Source: an uncultured Bacteroidota bacterium (lineage in GTDB: Bacteria > Bacteroidota > Ignavibacteria > UBA10030 > UBA6906). From it: a stretch of DNA of 64,000 nt. The stretch is taken from positions 32,001-96,000 of the forward strand of contig CAVOYH010000003.1 in assembly GCA_963700635.1 (NCBI GenBank). The letters are read 5' to 3'. This document shows, piece after piece, positions 63,214 to 64,000 of this stretch. The first letter of the stretch is position 1, and each line of letters begins with the position of its first letter. The notes beneath the pieces were generated by a model that worked only from the letters and a program-made list of their open reading frames with translations, searched no databases and was not told where the DNA came from. Position numbers and translations under genes: made by a program.

Positions 63214-63706
63214 ACAAAATTCCTTGGTCTGTGTGATGGTGCCTGTCGTCGGCGGCACTCTCGCAATGAGGTCCGCCGGCACGGGGATGGCCGGGGTAAG
63301 ATCCGCGTGACATTTTCCAATATACGAATTGGATTACATTTAGGGGAGGTATTCCGGAAGAATACGGTGCCCCCTCACCGGGAAACAGATCGGGGGGGGA
63401 TGCCCGGCACGGATCGGAACACAGACATCTGCCATTGACTTACCCGGTCCAATTCCGTATTTTTTTATGATGAAACCGCTTCTCCCGGCCGACATCACGG
63501 GCCCGTACCGCCCTGACAGGTGATTCCTTTTCACACTGCTTCTCTGTTCGTCTTTCACAAGCTCCGGTATCATGACCGATCCATTACTGTCCAGAGTGTT
63601 CCTTCGTCCAGACAGGGCGTGCAAGAACCCGGCACACGGGGGCAGGTTCTTCAACGAGATGTCATCGTTGCTGGAATACCACTTCTGCAGCAGAGGAGAT
63701 GAATAA

Positions 63707-64000
63707 GTGGATACAAAAACGCTAAATGTCGCCATCCTCGGTCTTGGCCATCTGCATCCGAGGGGATACATGCCACTGTTTGAACAGTGTCCAAAGACCA
63801 GGGTCGTCGCGGCGTTTGACAAAGATCGGGCTTTGCTCGACGGTTTTTGCAGGGATTTTGGCATTCATGGTTATACCGACATCGGTGAACTTCTTGAACG
63901 TGAAACGATTCATATTGCCGCCGTCTTCCTGCCTCACAGCGATTGTGCCGATGCGGCCATCACATGTGCCCGCAAAGGTGTTCACTTGCTCATGGAAAAA
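63707..64000 (+). CDS. Gfo/Idh/MocA oxidoreductase (5' part, runs off the window)
   Basis: GAGGAG RBS and GTG start; reads DTKTLNVAILGLGHLH...LPHSD...ARKGVHLLMEK; absent from the ORF track because it has no stop in the window. Confidence 0.85.
   Translation, partial: MDTKTLNVAILGLGHLHPRGYMPLFEQCPKTRVVAAFDKDRALLDGFCRDFGIHGYTDIGELLERETIHIAAVFLPHSDCADAAITCARKGVHLLMEK

Noticed and set aside
1-64000. CRISPR array or cas genes linked to the CHAT protease
   Set aside because: No regularly spaced direct repeats or cas-like ORFs seen in the window

Overview
Chromosomal window from a GC-rich FCB-group bacterium, probably Ignavibacteria/Chlorobi-like. This is inferred from many T9SS-type 'NYPNPFNP' C-terminal domains combined with Shine-Dalgarno sites and canonical sigma70-type promoters. 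1-19.4 kb is a co-oriented galactose/mannan utilisation locus (GH5 mannanase, SSS symporter, galT-galK-galM, LamG cargo, two lipoproteins, TonB receptor, a 'VVPNPY'-CTD protein, PorV/PorQ paralog). It has no SusD and carries two identical LacI-type operators. 19.5-33.5 kb holds acyl-ACP desaturase, trpF, GH3, recC-recB-recD and SpoIID. A decayed GH9/serine-hydrolase remnant follows. 35.6-44 kb is a module with an exported TPR-CHAT protease, an ECF sigma, a membrane anti-sigma, a small AraC protein, a hydrolase and a T9SS cargo; three of its transcription units share a G(T/A)(A/C)AC-N16-(CG/TT)ACT-A(A/T)CC promoter-like motif. The remainder has heparinase II/III-like proteins, GH97, a cytochrome P460-family lipoprotein, an orphan MtaB-like methyltransferase, catalase/oxyR and sugar-catabolic genes. 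Six genes are split by frame breaks, nearly all single-base insertions and probably sequencing errors. I saw no tRNA, rRNA, CRISPR array or transposase. All calls come from reading motifs by eye, not from database searches.
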